Shown here piece by piece: positions 10,688 to 20,469 of a DNA stretch of 64,000 nt; the first letter of the stretch is position 1; each line of letters begins with the position of its first letter. The notes under the pieces are model-generated. The model was given only the letters and a program-made list of their open reading frames with translations, was not told the origin of the DNA and made no database searches. The position numbers and the translations under genes were made by a program. Origin of the DNA: Candidatus Hadarchaeota archaeon (GTDB lineage: Archaea > CAYQAE01 > CAYVLA01); contig CAZUNO010000007.1 in the NCBI GenBank assembly GCA_964621445.1, positions 32,001-96,000 on the forward strand. Reading direction: 5' to 3'.

Positions 10688-10734
10688 TATTCAATCGACG
10701 GGATTTGCACTGGTTCCGGGGAAGAAGATGGGCG

Positions 10735-11559
10735 CTAGAAGTAGGTTCTACCCTCGAATGCCAGGGCTGCCGGACCACGAACTGAAGTTCTATCCCCCAG
10801 GATTATGTCAAGTTTGCCCCCGGGCATTTCCACTGTCCATTGGTCATAATCGGGGTTGAGTTCATTTGCCGCCCTGGCTGCTGCCATAGCTCCAGAGCCA
10901 CATGCCTGGGTTTCGCACGCTCCCCTCTCGTGAACCCTCATATTCAACTTGCCAGGTTCATCCATCCGAACGAATTCCGTGTTGATTCCCTGGGGGCTAA
11001 ACTGATCGTGATACTCCATTGCGTGACCAATACCCTCCACATCGATGGATCCCAGATCACCATCAATGAATGTGACTGCATGTGGGTTCCCTACATCTAT
11101 GAGATGGTATATCAGCGCTGTTCCCGCGGCCTCAACCTTCCTGAATCCCTGGTATAGGGGCATGTCATCCATTTCCAGCTCTACTATGGCCTCCAGGTCA
11201 TTCACCATGTCAACGATCTTGGCCCTAACCGTTCCCCCGGCGGTGAGTATGTTGAAAGACTTTTCCTGCCCTTCCCATAACCTGAGATGAAGGGCAAGTG
11301 CGGCGCATCTAAGCCCGTTCACGCAGGTCTCGGCCTCCGACCCGTCGGCGTTAAATATCCTGAACTGGACTCCATGGTCCTCCCTCCTAAGGAATAATAC
11401 ACCATCGGCGCCAATACCCCTGTTTCGATTACACTTTTGCGAGCAAAAGCTGGATTTTCGGTCTTCCTCCACTACCTCGGATCCGGTCTCATCGATAAGC
11501 ACGAAATCGTTTCCCAGTCCATGAAGCTTTAGAAATTCCACTTTTTCCATTTTCACCAT
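10735..11559 (-). CDS. dapF: Diaminopimelate epimerase
   Basis: HGLGNDF, FNADGSEAETCVNGLRC, GNPH, ERGACETQACGSG. Confidence 0.93.
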   Translation of the reverse strand: MVKMEKVEFLKLHGLGNDFVLIDETGSEVVEEDRKSSFCSQKCNRNRGIGADGVLFLRREDHGVQFRIFNADGSEAETCVNGLRCAALALHLRLWEGQEKSFNILTAGGTVRAKIVDMVNDLEAIVELEMDDMPLYQGFRKVEAAGTALIYHLIDVGNPHAVTFIDGDLGSIDVEGIGHAMEYHDQFSPQGINTEFVRMDEPGKLNMRVHERGACETQACGSGAMAAARAANELNPDYDQWTVEMPGGKLDIILGDRTSVRGPAALAFEGRTYF

Positions 11560-12726
11560 CTACAGGGAAAGTTCAAGCATCCTCTCGCATGCCTCTTTGG
11601 TCCTTTCCAGGTCCGGTACAAGCGCGAACCGGAGGAAGTCCTTTCCAGCGTCCGTCGATTGACACAGGGCCTTTCCGGGTACGGTATTCAGGTAAGCTCC
11701 CTCGAGAAGCATCTTGGTGAATTCCAAGGAGTCCATTCCATTGGGCGCTCTAGCCCATATATAGAAGGTCGCGTCCGCATAAACGGACTCCAGACCCATT
11801 TCCTCCAGGGTCCCAACAAGCAAATCCCTCTTCTCCCTGTATTCCCGCCTTAGGCTATCCACATGATCCTCATCTGATAATGCGGCCACGGCCGCATCCT
11901 GGATGAATGTTGCTGCACCCGAATGTGCCTGAGTCTGCACCTTTTTGAAGGGGTCAAGTAGTTCCTTCCTCCCGGCCACAAAAGCTATCCTATAACAGGT
12001 CATGCTTGACCTCTTGGATAACGAGTTAAAGACCAGGGAAACATCCCTTGCACCGGGGATGGAAAACACCGATACCGGTTTCTCATCATAATAGAGCTCG
12101 GAGTATGCCTCATCGGATGCCAGAAGAACGTCGTTTTCCCTACAGAATTCCACGGCGTCCTGGAGGAACTCAACGGGCGCTATCTTGGTGGTGGGATTAT
12201 TCGGGTAGTTGATCCATAGTATCTTTGCCCGTTTACATATCTTGGAAGGTATGCTGGAGAGATCGGGCAGAAAGGAGTTTTCCTCTTCCAGAGGGAGATA
12301 GTAACATCTACCACCCCGGGCCCCGGTTCCGGTCGTGTAGGGAGGATATCCCGGGTCCGGAATCAGGACCACATCATCGGGGTTCACATAGGCCAGAGGT
12401 GTCAAGAATACGGCCTGTTTACAGCCTATAGTTGCCGTGATCTCCGAGTTGGGGTCCAGGGACACCCCAAATCTCCTTTCAAACCAGGTGGCGACCGCGG
12501 ACCTGAATTCAGGGGACCCTTCATAGCTCGGATATCCCGACCGGGCCCTCCTATCCAGTCCGCTCTTACAGGCCTTACGAACGATCATGGGGGTAGGGGA
12601 AGTTGGATCTCCAACTCCAAAATCAATCACGTCCACTCCTTTGCTCTCCAATTCATCCCGGGTCCTGTCAATTTCCGCAAAAGCGTATGGCCGAATCTTG
12701 GTGATGAAGCTACTCGGGGATACCAA
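11560..12726 (-). CDS. dapL: LL-diaminopimelate aminotransferase (class I/II PLP enzyme)
   Basis: PYAFAEID, FGVGDP, NYPNNPT, DEAYSE, SLSK motifs; abuts dapF. Confidence 0.8.
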   Translation of the reverse strand: MVSPSSFITKIRPYAFAEIDRTRDELESKGVDVIDFGVGDPTSPTPMIVRKACKSGLDRRARSGYPSYEGSPEFRSAVATWFERRFGVSLDPNSEITATIGCKQAVFLTPLAYVNPDDVVLIPDPGYPPYTTGTGARGGRCYYLPLEEENSFLPDLSSIPSKICKRAKILWINYPNNPTTKIAPVEFLQDAVEFCRENDVLLASDEAYSELYYDEKPVSVFSIPGARDVSLVFNSLSKRSSMTCYRIAFVAGRKELLDPFKKVQTQAHSGAATFIQDAAVAALSDEDHVDSLRREYREKRDLLVGTLEEMGLESVYADATFYIWARAPNGMDSLEFTKMLLEGAYLNTVPGKALCQSTDAGKDFLRFALVPDLERTKEACERMLELSL

Positions 12727-12738
12727 TAGATCTACAAC

Positions 12739-13524
12739 CTATGCATAGAGTCTAGAGTAGGGCCTCGTTTCCCGGGGTACTACCTTGCAGAACTCGGTGG
12801 GGTTCACTTCCCGTTTCAACTCGAATCTCTTCCTGAAGTCATCGATATGAGTGGTCAGGAAGTCTCTGTCCGCCTTGTCCAAGCTCTTGATCCGGGCACC
12901 CTCCCCTAGCTGCATTTCGTTGATCTTTCCACGTATGTAAATGATTCCGCCGTGCATACCAGTTCCGATGAATCTCATGCGATGTCTCTTGTATCCCAGG
13001 CCCAGAACGATCACCCGGCCTCCAGCCATATACTCCCCCAGAAAATCCTGAGCAGTTCCTCCAATCATCAAGATGGGAAACCTCTCCCCGTGCTCCTTAA
13101 TATGGAGGGCGGCTCTATAACCAGCATCCTCCCGAACCAATATGGAACCGCCTGTGGCCGACATTCCAAGTATATCCCCACATCTCCCCTCGACGATTAT
13201 CTCTCCCTCATGCATGGTATTACCAACCCCGTCCTGAGCATTCCCATGAACAACCAGGATATGTCCATCCATGAAGGACCCGAGATCGTTTCCGGGGGTT
13301 CCCCAGATCTCAATTTTGGTTGGGGGAAGGCCATTAAGCCGGGTTCCTATATACCTCTGCCCATATACCCCTCTGAGAATTATTTTCCTGCTACCCGACC
13401 GGGCTGCGGATAGAATTTCGGTGTTGAGTTCCCTGAATTCGAGCTGTCCGGCTTCGATCTCCGTGTGCTTTGTATCAGCGCTGCAGACGGGTCTCCTTTC
13501 CGGACTGGTGGTGGTTGACATCAT
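12739..13524 (-). CDS. Glutamate synthase, C-terminal GXGXG beta-helix subunit (GltB domain 3)
   Basis: GQRYIG, GNDLGSFMDG, GEYMAGG, GTGMHGG repeats. Confidence 0.9.
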   Translation of the reverse strand: MMSTTTSPERRPVCSADTKHTEIEAGQLEFRELNTEILSAARSGSRKIILRGVYGQRYIGTRLNGLPPTKIEIWGTPGNDLGSFMDGHILVVHGNAQDGVGNTMHEGEIIVEGRCGDILGMSATGGSILVREDAGYRAALHIKEHGERFPILMIGGTAQDFLGEYMAGGRVIVLGLGYKRHRMRFIGTGMHGGIIYIRGKINEMQLGEGARIKSLDKADRDFLTTHIDDFRKRFELKREVNPTEFCKVVPRETRPYSRLYA

Positions 13525-15041
13525 TGACCAGCTCCCCTTATCCCCAGAACGTCAAGCTCCCAGTCCGTTAGGCCGATGCCCCTCAACTGCTCGCGATTTC
13601 CCCGCAAGCTTTCCAGGGCATTGATGCCCATTCCTCCCAGCATTTCCTTGATCTCCAGGGACCAGGCGTGAAGTAGGCGTACCAGTCTTCTGGAAGCGAC
13701 ATCGGGATTAATTCTCTTTGATAGATATGGGTCCGTAGTACATATGCCCCAGTTACATATGCCGGTATAGCACTTCTGGCACAAGGTGCAGCCCATGGCC
13801 ACCAGGGCAGCCGTACCCAGGTACACCGCGTCTGCCCCCAGAGCTATTGCCTTCACAACGTCAGCGCTACAGCGAAAACCACCTGCGGAGATTATTGAGC
13901 ATTCGTTTCTAATCCCCTCGCTTCTCAAACGGGAATCGATTGAGGCCAGTGCCATCTCGATTGGTATGCCCACGTTATCCCGTATGGCCTTGGGAGCGGC
14001 CCCGGTTCCCCCTCTCAGGCCGTCTATCGCTATGACATCAGCTCCAGCCCTTGCTATACCGGAGGCTATGGCCGGTGCATTGTGAACGGCAGCTATCTTG
14101 ACTGAAATGGGCTTCTGGTAATTCGTCGCCTCCTTCAATGCGAATATCAACGTTCTCAGATCCTCGATCGAGTAGATATCATGCTGGGGGGCCGGGGAAA
14201 GTGCATCAGTTCCGGCGGGTATCTTTCTGGTGGATGATATCTCGGTTGAGACCTTTTCTCCTGGAAGGTGCCCACCTATGCCGGGCTTTGCACCCTGGCC
14301 AATCTTTATTTCCACCATAGACGAGTTTGCGAGATATTCAGGCTCGACCCCGAAGCGGCCTGAGGCGCATTGAACTATGGCGTGATCCTTGTATTTTCGT
14401 AATTTCTCGGGAAGTCCACCTTCTCCCGAGTTGAACAATGTCCCTGATTCATTTGCCGCTCGTGCCAGGGATTCCTGGGCCTGTCCGCTGATGGCCCCAA
14501 AGCTCAGGGCCGAGAAGATGAGAGGTGTTTCTATTTCCAGCAGAGGGTCCTCATCGCCAGCATTCCCATCCATCAATATCGCTTTCTTGGGCTTGCGTCC
14601 CAGGAACGTCCTGAGCTCCATGGGCTCTCTGAGGGGGTCGATTGAGGGATTTGTAACTTGGGAGGCGTTTAGGACCATGTGGTCCCAGTAGATCGTCTGG
14701 TCCTTATCGTTACCGCAACCGGCAAGAAGCGCCCCACCCGATTCTGCCTGCCTCTTAATATCCGATATCTTTTCCCGCGTCCAGTTAGAGTTTCGGGTAT
14801 AAGGGTGCTGGTTTTCCGAGATGCTTAAAGCGGAAGTGGGGCAGAGCACCACACATCTCTGGCATCCTGCACACTTAGATTCGTCGCTCAGGATGATGTC
14901 CCTCCCCTGGTCATATGTGTGGACATCGAATCCACACTGTCTTATGCAGACCTCACATCTGATACAGCGATCATCATCCCTGGCGATGCTGAAATTTGGG
15001 AGAAGCTGGGTTTCAAGCAACGACCTCACCCCTATGAACAC
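13521..15041 (-). CDS. Glutamate synthase, FMN-binding subunit with N-terminal 2x[4Fe-4S] (GltB domain 2)
   Basis: Two CxxCxxCxxxC motifs; EIKIGQGAKPGIGGHLPG; SPAPQHDIYSIEDL; CTLCQKCYTGIC [3Fe-4S] motif. Confidence 0.95.
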   Translation of the reverse strand: MFIGVRSLLETQLLPNFSIARDDDRCIRCEVCIRQCGFDVHTYDQGRDIILSDESKCAGCQRCVVLCPTSALSISENQHPYTRNSNWTREKISDIKRQAESGGALLAGCGNDKDQTIYWDHMVLNASQVTNPSIDPLREPMELRTFLGRKPKKAILMDGNAGDEDPLLEIETPLIFSALSFGAISGQAQESLARAANESGTLFNSGEGGLPEKLRKYKDHAIVQCASGRFGVEPEYLANSSMVEIKIGQGAKPGIGGHLPGEKVSTEISSTRKIPAGTDALSPAPQHDIYSIEDLRTLIFALKEATNYQKPISVKIAAVHNAPAIASGIARAGADVIAIDGLRGGTGAAPKAIRDNVGIPIEMALASIDSRLRSEGIRNECSIISAGGFRCSADVVKAIALGADAVYLGTAALVAMGCTLCQKCYTGICNWGICTTDPYLSKRINPDVASRRLVRLLHAWSLEIKEMLGGMGINALESLRGNREQLRGIGLTDWELDVLGIRGAGQ

Positions 15042-16153
15042 TCATATGAAACACCATCCCCAAGGCGACCTATTATGGGAACTCCTCCCTGCGGGGACCA
15101 CGCCCTATCGAGGTCTTGGTCGATCATTCGGAGCGGAGCCTCCTCCGAGGATAGATAGAGCACGTCCCCGGAAATACCCGCGGTCAATGGCCTGAGACGA
15201 ATCCTATCGGTGAGTCCGATCATCTCTCCCTCTCTGGCAATTATTACCGAGAACGGGCCATTTAGTAGGAGTCCACCATAAGTTATTCTCAAGGCCCTGT
15301 AGAGACGCCTTTTGTCGGGTTCCATCCTATCGATGGTATCCCAAAGTGGGGGCGCTAGCACCCTTGCTGCAAGCTCCAGAGGCAGGGCATGTCCCCTTAC
15401 CAAAAGATCCATTGTGTAGGCAATGACCTCGGTGTCAGTGAAGAAGCTGCATCTATAGCCGTGGTCCTCCACGAACCTCTTGTTTGCACCGTAGGATGAG
15501 ATCTCCCCATTATGAACGACTGACCAGTCAAGCATGCTAAACGGGTGCGCACCCCCCCACCAGGCGAGGGTGTTGGTTGGAAATCTTCCATGTGCCAGCC
15601 AGATGTATCCTCTGTAGTCCTGGAGACGGTAGAACCTGGCAAGATCTCCCGGGTACCCGATCCCCTTGAAAACACCCATATTCTTCGCGGCGGAAAATAC
15701 GAAGGCATCCCCAATACCGTGGTTGATCTCCGTCACCTCTTCGGCAACCATTTCCTGTGAATTCGGTTGCCCCTCCTCCGTCCTGAGGAAGTATCGCCAA
15801 AGAATTGGGGCCTTGGCCACCGCGCTCACCTCATCGTCGGTCGGTATCCGTTCCTCGTCCCGGACATCGAAGTTTTCGTATAATCTGGCTTCGGTCAGCT
15901 CCTTTCCTTCCCTGGACTCGTACATGATATGAAACGCGTAGTCGTCGGCATGATCCGGATAAAGACCATATATCGAGAACCCGCCGCCGAGACCATTGGA
16001 CCTCTCCTTCATATTGGATATGGCCCTTATTGTGGATCGGCCATCCAGCAACTTCCCCGACATGTCCATCATTCCGAATATGGAGCAGTTGGATATGACC
16101 TTCGTGTCACCGTAAGGGTTGTTCTTCCTCTCAATATTCAGCAACATTATCAC
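15032..16153 (-). CDS. Glutamate synthase, class II glutamine amidotransferase subunit (GltB domain 1)
   Basis: CSIFG, ERSNGLGGGF, HGRFPTNT, AHPF, HNGEISSY, TDTE, DRIRLRP. Confidence 0.92.
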   Translation of the reverse strand: MIMLLNIERKNNPYGDTKVISNCSIFGMMDMSGKLLDGRSTIRAISNMKERSNGLGGGFSIYGLYPDHADDYAFHIMYESREGKELTEARLYENFDVRDEERIPTDDEVSAVAKAPILWRYFLRTEEGQPNSQEMVAEEVTEINHGIGDAFVFSAAKNMGVFKGIGYPGDLARFYRLQDYRGYIWLAHGRFPTNTLAWWGGAHPFSMLDWSVVHNGEISSYGANKRFVEDHGYRCSFFTDTEVIAYTMDLLVRGHALPLELAARVLAPPLWDTIDRMEPDKRRLYRALRITYGGLLLNGPFSVIIAREGEMIGLTDRIRLRPLTAGISGDVLYLSSEEAPLRMIDQDLDRAWSPQGGVPIIGRLGDGVSYECS

Positions 16154-17411
16154 CTTCCGTTAGGATCTTCCGCCTGCAGGCGGTAGGCAGGTCGACCAGC
16201 GAGAAACCTTCCGCGGTGGGGGGTCTATGGAGATCACTCAGAGGGGTGCCGTTCCTCATCAACTGCAGGTATATTCCAGTATTGTCGATATTGCCGACCC
16301 GTATGAACCCCACCAGTTTGCCGTTCCTGGTAACGAATTTGCTGTAATTTAGGTCCCCTTCCTCACATACCTGGTTCCAATTACCTCCCTCCCTGGCCTC
16401 AGTGATGCCGGCGGAGAGTATTGAAGTTCCGAAAAAATGCATAGAATTCATTGAGGTAGCCCACTGCGAACTAGCTCTCTTTCCTGCCATATTGTATCCT
16501 GCAACCATGCCCTCTACATATGCGGCCGGCCAGAGAGCCAGGGTTCGGTTTTGCCCCTCGATAAAATCAAAGGTCTGGGCACAATCACCGGCAGCGTAAA
16601 TGTGAGGTACATTGGTGCTCATGGACTTGTTCACCATTATTCCCCTATCTACCTGAATCCCGGCATCCTCCGCGAGGTCGGTTCGGGGCCGAACGCCTAT
16701 AGCGACCACCAGTAATTCACAGGAGAGCCGACGTCCATCATCCAAAATCGCCAGGATCCCCTTTCCGCTTGAGCATACACTTTCGAGGGTGTGGCCGGTA
16801 ATCAAATTGAGTCCTCGATCCTTGAAGAGAAGCTGGACCATATTCGATGCCGGTTGGTCCAGGACTGATGATAGTATTCTGGAGGCTAGCTCGACAATAG
16901 TTACCTCCAGTCCGATTTCCAGAAGCGGCTCGGCCAGAGAACACCCTATCAGTCCCCCGCCCAGAATTACCACTTTGGAGATATTCCCACTTTCAATTTT
17001 CTCCCTGATAACCCGGGCATCGGATATACCGGAAAATGTCAGGGCGTTAGACCTCAAACCGGGGATAGGAGGAATGAATGGGGTGCCCCCCGTAGCCAGC
17101 AGGAGGTCATCGAACCCGATCGAGTCCCCATCATCCAATTGAACCTCACGCGAATCGGTCTCCAGTCGAACCGCCTTTTTGCCACCAAGAAATGTGACCT
17201 GGTTCCGTTCATAGAATTCCGCCGGCCGATACCATAGATCCTCCACATTCCTCTTACCGCAAATAATATCCCCAATTGAAGGTCTACTGTAGGGAGGGTT
17301 GTTTTCCTCCGATACCACACAGATATCCTGGCAACAGCCAAGCCTCCTGATGGCCTCTATGGCCCCCACCGAAGCGGCCGAGTTTCCGATTATGATGTTA
17401 TGATAACTCAT
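16131..17411 (-). CDS. FAD/NAD(P)H-dependent oxidoreductase (NirB/Nox-like)
   Basis: IIGNSAA, LLATGG, GGGLIG, YAAGDCA; overlaps its neighbours in the operon. Confidence 0.9.
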   Translation of the reverse strand: MSYHNIIIGNSAASVGAIEAIRRLGCCQDICVVSEENNPPYSRPSIGDIICGKRNVEDLWYRPAEFYERNQVTFLGGKKAVRLETDSREVQLDDGDSIGFDDLLLATGGTPFIPPIPGLRSNALTFSGISDARVIREKIESGNISKVVILGGGLIGCSLAEPLLEIGLEVTIVELASRILSSVLDQPASNMVQLLFKDRGLNLITGHTLESVCSSGKGILAILDDGRRLSCELLVVAIGVRPRTDLAEDAGIQVDRGIMVNKSMSTNVPHIYAAGDCAQTFDFIEGQNRTLALWPAAYVEGMVAGYNMAGKRASSQWATSMNSMHFFGTSILSAGITEAREGGNWNQVCEEGDLNYSKFVTRNGKLVGFIRVGNIDNTGIYLQLMRNGTPLSDLHRPPTAEGFSLVDLPTACRRKILTEGDNVAEY

Positions 17412-17836
17412 GTAGTCTCCTCCAGAGATATCGCTTCGTTAGGGCAATGCTCAACGCAGGCCGGGATTTCCCGATCTTCACACAGATCACATCTGATGGG
17501 GTGATCCTTTCCCTTCCTGACCGCCCCAAATGGACATACCAGAATACAGGTCCAGCACGATCTACACCTGTCATAGTCCAGTTGAATCGAGCCATCGACT
17601 CTTTTCAGAGCCCCTGAGGGACAGGAGTATACACATGCGGGGTCATCGCACTGTCGACATTGCAGTGGAAAGGTGACCGGCATTATTTCGTGGACGGTTA
17701 CCCTTGATTCCGGGCGAGGCTTCTCCAACTTGAAGCAATTAATCAAGTCGTTGGACTTCGAGTGGGCAACGACGCACCAAATCTCGCAGAGGTGGCATCC
17801 GATGCATGCATCCTCGTTAACTGCCAGTCTATTCAA
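17408..17836 (-). CDS. Multi-[4Fe-4S] electron-transfer protein (HydN/DmsB-like)
   Basis: Four Cys clusters: CIGCHLCEIWC, CRQCDDPACVYSCP, CRSCWTCILVCP, CDLC..PACVEHCP; 4 bp ATGA overlap with the flavoprotein gene. Confidence 0.92.
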   Translation of the reverse strand: MNRLAVNEDACIGCHLCEIWCVVAHSKSNDLINCFKLEKPRPESRVTVHEIMPVTFPLQCRQCDDPACVYSCPSGALKRVDGSIQLDYDRCRSCWTCILVCPFGAVRKGKDHPIRCDLCEDREIPACVEHCPNEAISLEETT

Positions 17837-17889
17837 AGGACCACTTCAGGTACGGGGGTATAGTGGTTGTGCATATTATTGGAAAAATA

Positions 17890-17931
17890 TTTACGTATTG
17901 AAGTACGAGTTAGTATTTGAAATACGTATTT
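17890..17931. promoter_or_regulatory. Operator cluster in the divergent promoter between the glutamate synthase operon and the regulator
   Basis: TTTACGTATT 17890-17899, degenerate AGTACGAGTT 17902-17911, perfect AAATACGTATTT 17920-17931. The last overlaps a minus-strand TTTAAATA TATA-like box. Confidence 0.75.
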
Positions 17932-18022
17932 AAAATCTGGTTAAACCAATTCTTAAAAATAGGAAACAAATGGGACTAAATACATAAATACGGAACAGAA
18001 TACTTTCCTAGCGTGAATAAGT

Positions 18023-19057
18023 ATGGATGTTGGGGAAGCGGAATATAGAAAGGTTCAGGTCCTTGGCCGGTCAAGTTATGCAGTAACCCTGCCCAAGGAT
18101 TGGGTGCGTGATAGGAAACTAGATTCCGGATCAGTTGTAGTTGTAACCGTTGATAAGAAGGGAATACTGCATGTCATGCCGGAGGTCATGCACTCGGAGA
18201 AGGAGGAGCCCGCCGAGAAAAAGTTAGATGCAACTGATATCACCACCGGAGGAGCTCTGGCAAGCACGATCAAGGCATGCTATAAGATCGGATACGAGAA
18301 CATCAACATAAGGCATCCAGGCGGGCTTCGCCCTGATTTAATCAGGGAGATACATGAGGCGGTTGATAGTCTATACGGAACGCTGGTGGTAAAGGAATCC
18401 GCCAATGAAACGGTTGTCCACACCTCCATAGACGTCCGTACCTTCACGGTCAGTTCCCTGATCTCCAGAATGGGTTCATTCTTCCTTTACCTATCAGAGG
18501 AGGTCGAGAAGGCTCTCAGGGAGGGCGTTTTGCAGGACCCAACGACGGTTGAGTACCGAGCGAGGGAGGTCGACAAGATATACTCGCTACTGGTAAGACA
18601 ACTAGTACAGGGAGTAAAGAGCCAGCAGGTGGCCTCGAGGGTTGGGCTGGCCGATGTGATTCAATGCCTCGGCTCTAGAATGGTTGCTAAGGCCCTCAAG
18701 GACATGACCAGAAGCATGTTCATGATATCGGGAGTCGCAAATCAGGCATCAAAAGGCAGAAAAGAGGATGTAGAGGAAATAATCCGTTTCATTAGCGAAA
18801 TTAGGGCAATGTACGATAAGGCATATCAGGCCCTCAGGCGCGAAGATGTTGAACGGGCCGCCGAGATACTTGGTGAGGAGGACTCCTTCCATAATAAACT
18901 GGTGGATTTCGAGAGATCTCTTCCCAAGGAGGAGGACCAGAGGTCCGTGATTTCGGCCGAGGTTTCCTTTGTATGGGAGCTACAGAACGTGCTCAGATCG
19001 ATAATGATACTTGCAGAAATCGCGGTTAACCGGACCGTTGAACGTGAGGAGATGTAG
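18023..19057 (+). CDS. AbrB/SpoVT DNA-binding domain plus tandem PhoU domain transcriptional regulator
   Basis: RKVQVLGRSSYAVTLPKDWV AbrB-type N-terminus; ..YKIGYENI..; PhoU-like helical repeats (REVDKIY). Confidence 0.88.
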   Translation: MDVGEAEYRKVQVLGRSSYAVTLPKDWVRDRKLDSGSVVVVTVDKKGILHVMPEVMHSEKEEPAEKKLDATDITTGGALASTIKACYKIGYENINIRHPGGLRPDLIREIHEAVDSLYGTLVVKESANETVVHTSIDVRTFTVSSLISRMGSFFLYLSEEVEKALREGVLQDPTTVEYRAREVDKIYSLLVRQLVQGVKSQQVASRVGLADVIQCLGSRMVAKALKDMTRSMFMISGVANQASKGRKEDVEEIIRFISEIRAMYDKAYQALRREDVERAAEILGEEDSFHNKLVDFERSLPKEEDQRSVISAEVSFVWELQNVLRSIMILAEIAVNRTVEREEM

Positions 19058-19058
19058 A

Positions 19059-20138
19059 CTACCCCAGCGCTTCATTCAATGCTTCTAACAGGATCCCGTT
19101 CTGGTCCGGAGTACCGATTGTAACCCTTATGAACTGACCCTCCAGCCCCTGAACCCCCTGAAGGTCTCTTACCAATACTCCTCGATTAGCGAGTTCGTTG
19201 ACCAGGTTTGGGATTCGGGGATCGACCCTGATCATCAAGAAATTCGCTTCCGAGGGCAGGGGAAATAACCCTTCCATCCTAGATACCTCGGAAAATACCT
19301 CCAGGCGATTCTTCCTGATTCTCTCCCATATCATGGAGTAATACGGTGAGCAGGACAGAGCCGATATTGCGGCCGAAGCTGAAAGTTTACTCACGCTAAA
19401 GGGGTTCCGGGACTTGCGCATCTTGGAGATCAAGGATTCATGACCGACCGCGTATCCAACACGAAGTCCTGCCAGGCCAAAGGACTTGGACATCGATCTG
19501 GCTATAATGAGATTCGGGTGTTGATCAAGGATGTCAAGTGCAGAGCAACCGGAGAATTCGGCGTACGCCTCGTCGAGGAACACAATTCCATCGGAGTTCT
19601 CGACTATCTCTATCAATTCATGCCGCTCTATTGCCCTTCCAGTTGGATTATTGGGCGAGCAGAGAAAAGTGATTTTTGATCTCTCTCCTCCGGAAATTAG
19701 GTCACCCGACCTAACGCTATATTCCCTGTCTTCCGTGCTCGCGAAGAATATCTGGGCCTCCCTGAGCATGGACATCAGGATGTACAGGCTGTAGGAGGGA
19801 ACCGGAATTATTATCCTGTCAAAAGGTTCCACAAAGACCTTGCAGACGATATCGATGATCTCGGTGCAGCCGCCGGCCACAGCTATATTTTCCTTTGGGA
19901 AACCGATGTGTTTGCCTATCGCGGTCCTCAGATGAACATAATCAGGGTGAGGATAGCGATTTATTCTAGGTATTTCTTCGAAAATTGCCTGTTGGACCGC
20001 CGGAGCTGGAGGGTAGGGACTCTCATTTGATGCCAAGTTGACTACATGTTCGGGATCAAGACCGAATAGGCGATGGACATCCCCAGGGAACAGGCCAGGG
20101 TCGTAGGGCTCTATGTAATCAATTACATCTCTATGCAT
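19059..20138 (-). CDS. hisC: Histidinol-phosphate aminotransferase
   Basis: LASNESP, CSPNNPTG, DEAYAEF, RSMSKSFGLAGLRVGY, RVTIG. Confidence 0.88.
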   Translation of the reverse strand: MHRDVIDYIEPYDPGLFPGDVHRLFGLDPEHVVNLASNESPYPPAPAVQQAIFEEIPRINRYPHPDYVHLRTAIGKHIGFPKENIAVAGGCTEIIDIVCKVFVEPFDRIIIPVPSYSLYILMSMLREAQIFFASTEDREYSVRSGDLISGGERSKITFLCSPNNPTGRAIERHELIEIVENSDGIVFLDEAYAEFSGCSALDILDQHPNLIIARSMSKSFGLAGLRVGYAVGHESLISKMRKSRNPFSVSKLSASAAISALSCSPYYSMIWERIRKNRLEVFSEVSRMEGLFPLPSEANFLMIRVDPRIPNLVNELANRGVLVRDLQGVQGLEGQFIRVTIGTPDQNGILLEALNEALG

Positions 20139-20142
20139 GTAT

Positions 20143-20460
20143 CTAGAGCCCTTCCATCATATTTCCAAGTCTTTCAAGGCGCTTGCTGACCTCATCTATG
20201 GTTGTGTCCTTGCCGGGCTTCTCGGCAACTCCGGCCTGGGACCAGAACAGCCTGGCGATTATCAGCATTAGCTTGCCCGCGTAACCAGGTGCGTGAGGGA
20301 GGATATCAGCCGCAAGATCTCCAAATTCCTCAAGGACATCATCATCCATCTCTTTGACCATGGTGCTGGCCTTTCCCAGAAGAGAGATTGCATTTCCCAG
20401 AACCTTTTCCCTCTTCACATATGCTTTGGCAGCATCGCTCGTTACTCTATGTACACCCAT
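20143..20460 (-). CDS. Small helical hypothetical protein between glnA and hisC
   Basis: 105 aa ORF that fills the gap (9 bp and 4 bp spacers), with a GAGGTGA ribosome-binding site on the minus strand. Confidence 0.75.
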   Translation of the reverse strand: MGVHRVTSDAAKAYVKREKVLGNAISLLGKASTMVKEMDDDVLEEFGDLAADILPHAPGYAGKLMLIIARLFWSQAGVAEKPGKDTTIDEVSKRLERLGNMMEGL

Positions 20461-20469
20461 TCTATCACC

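Noticed and set aside
17881-17894. GGAA-AAATAT-TTAC, a 7/8 match to the NrpR operator
   Set aside because: Single imperfect copy overlapping a TACGTA site; I saw no equivalent at the amtB or glnA promoters.
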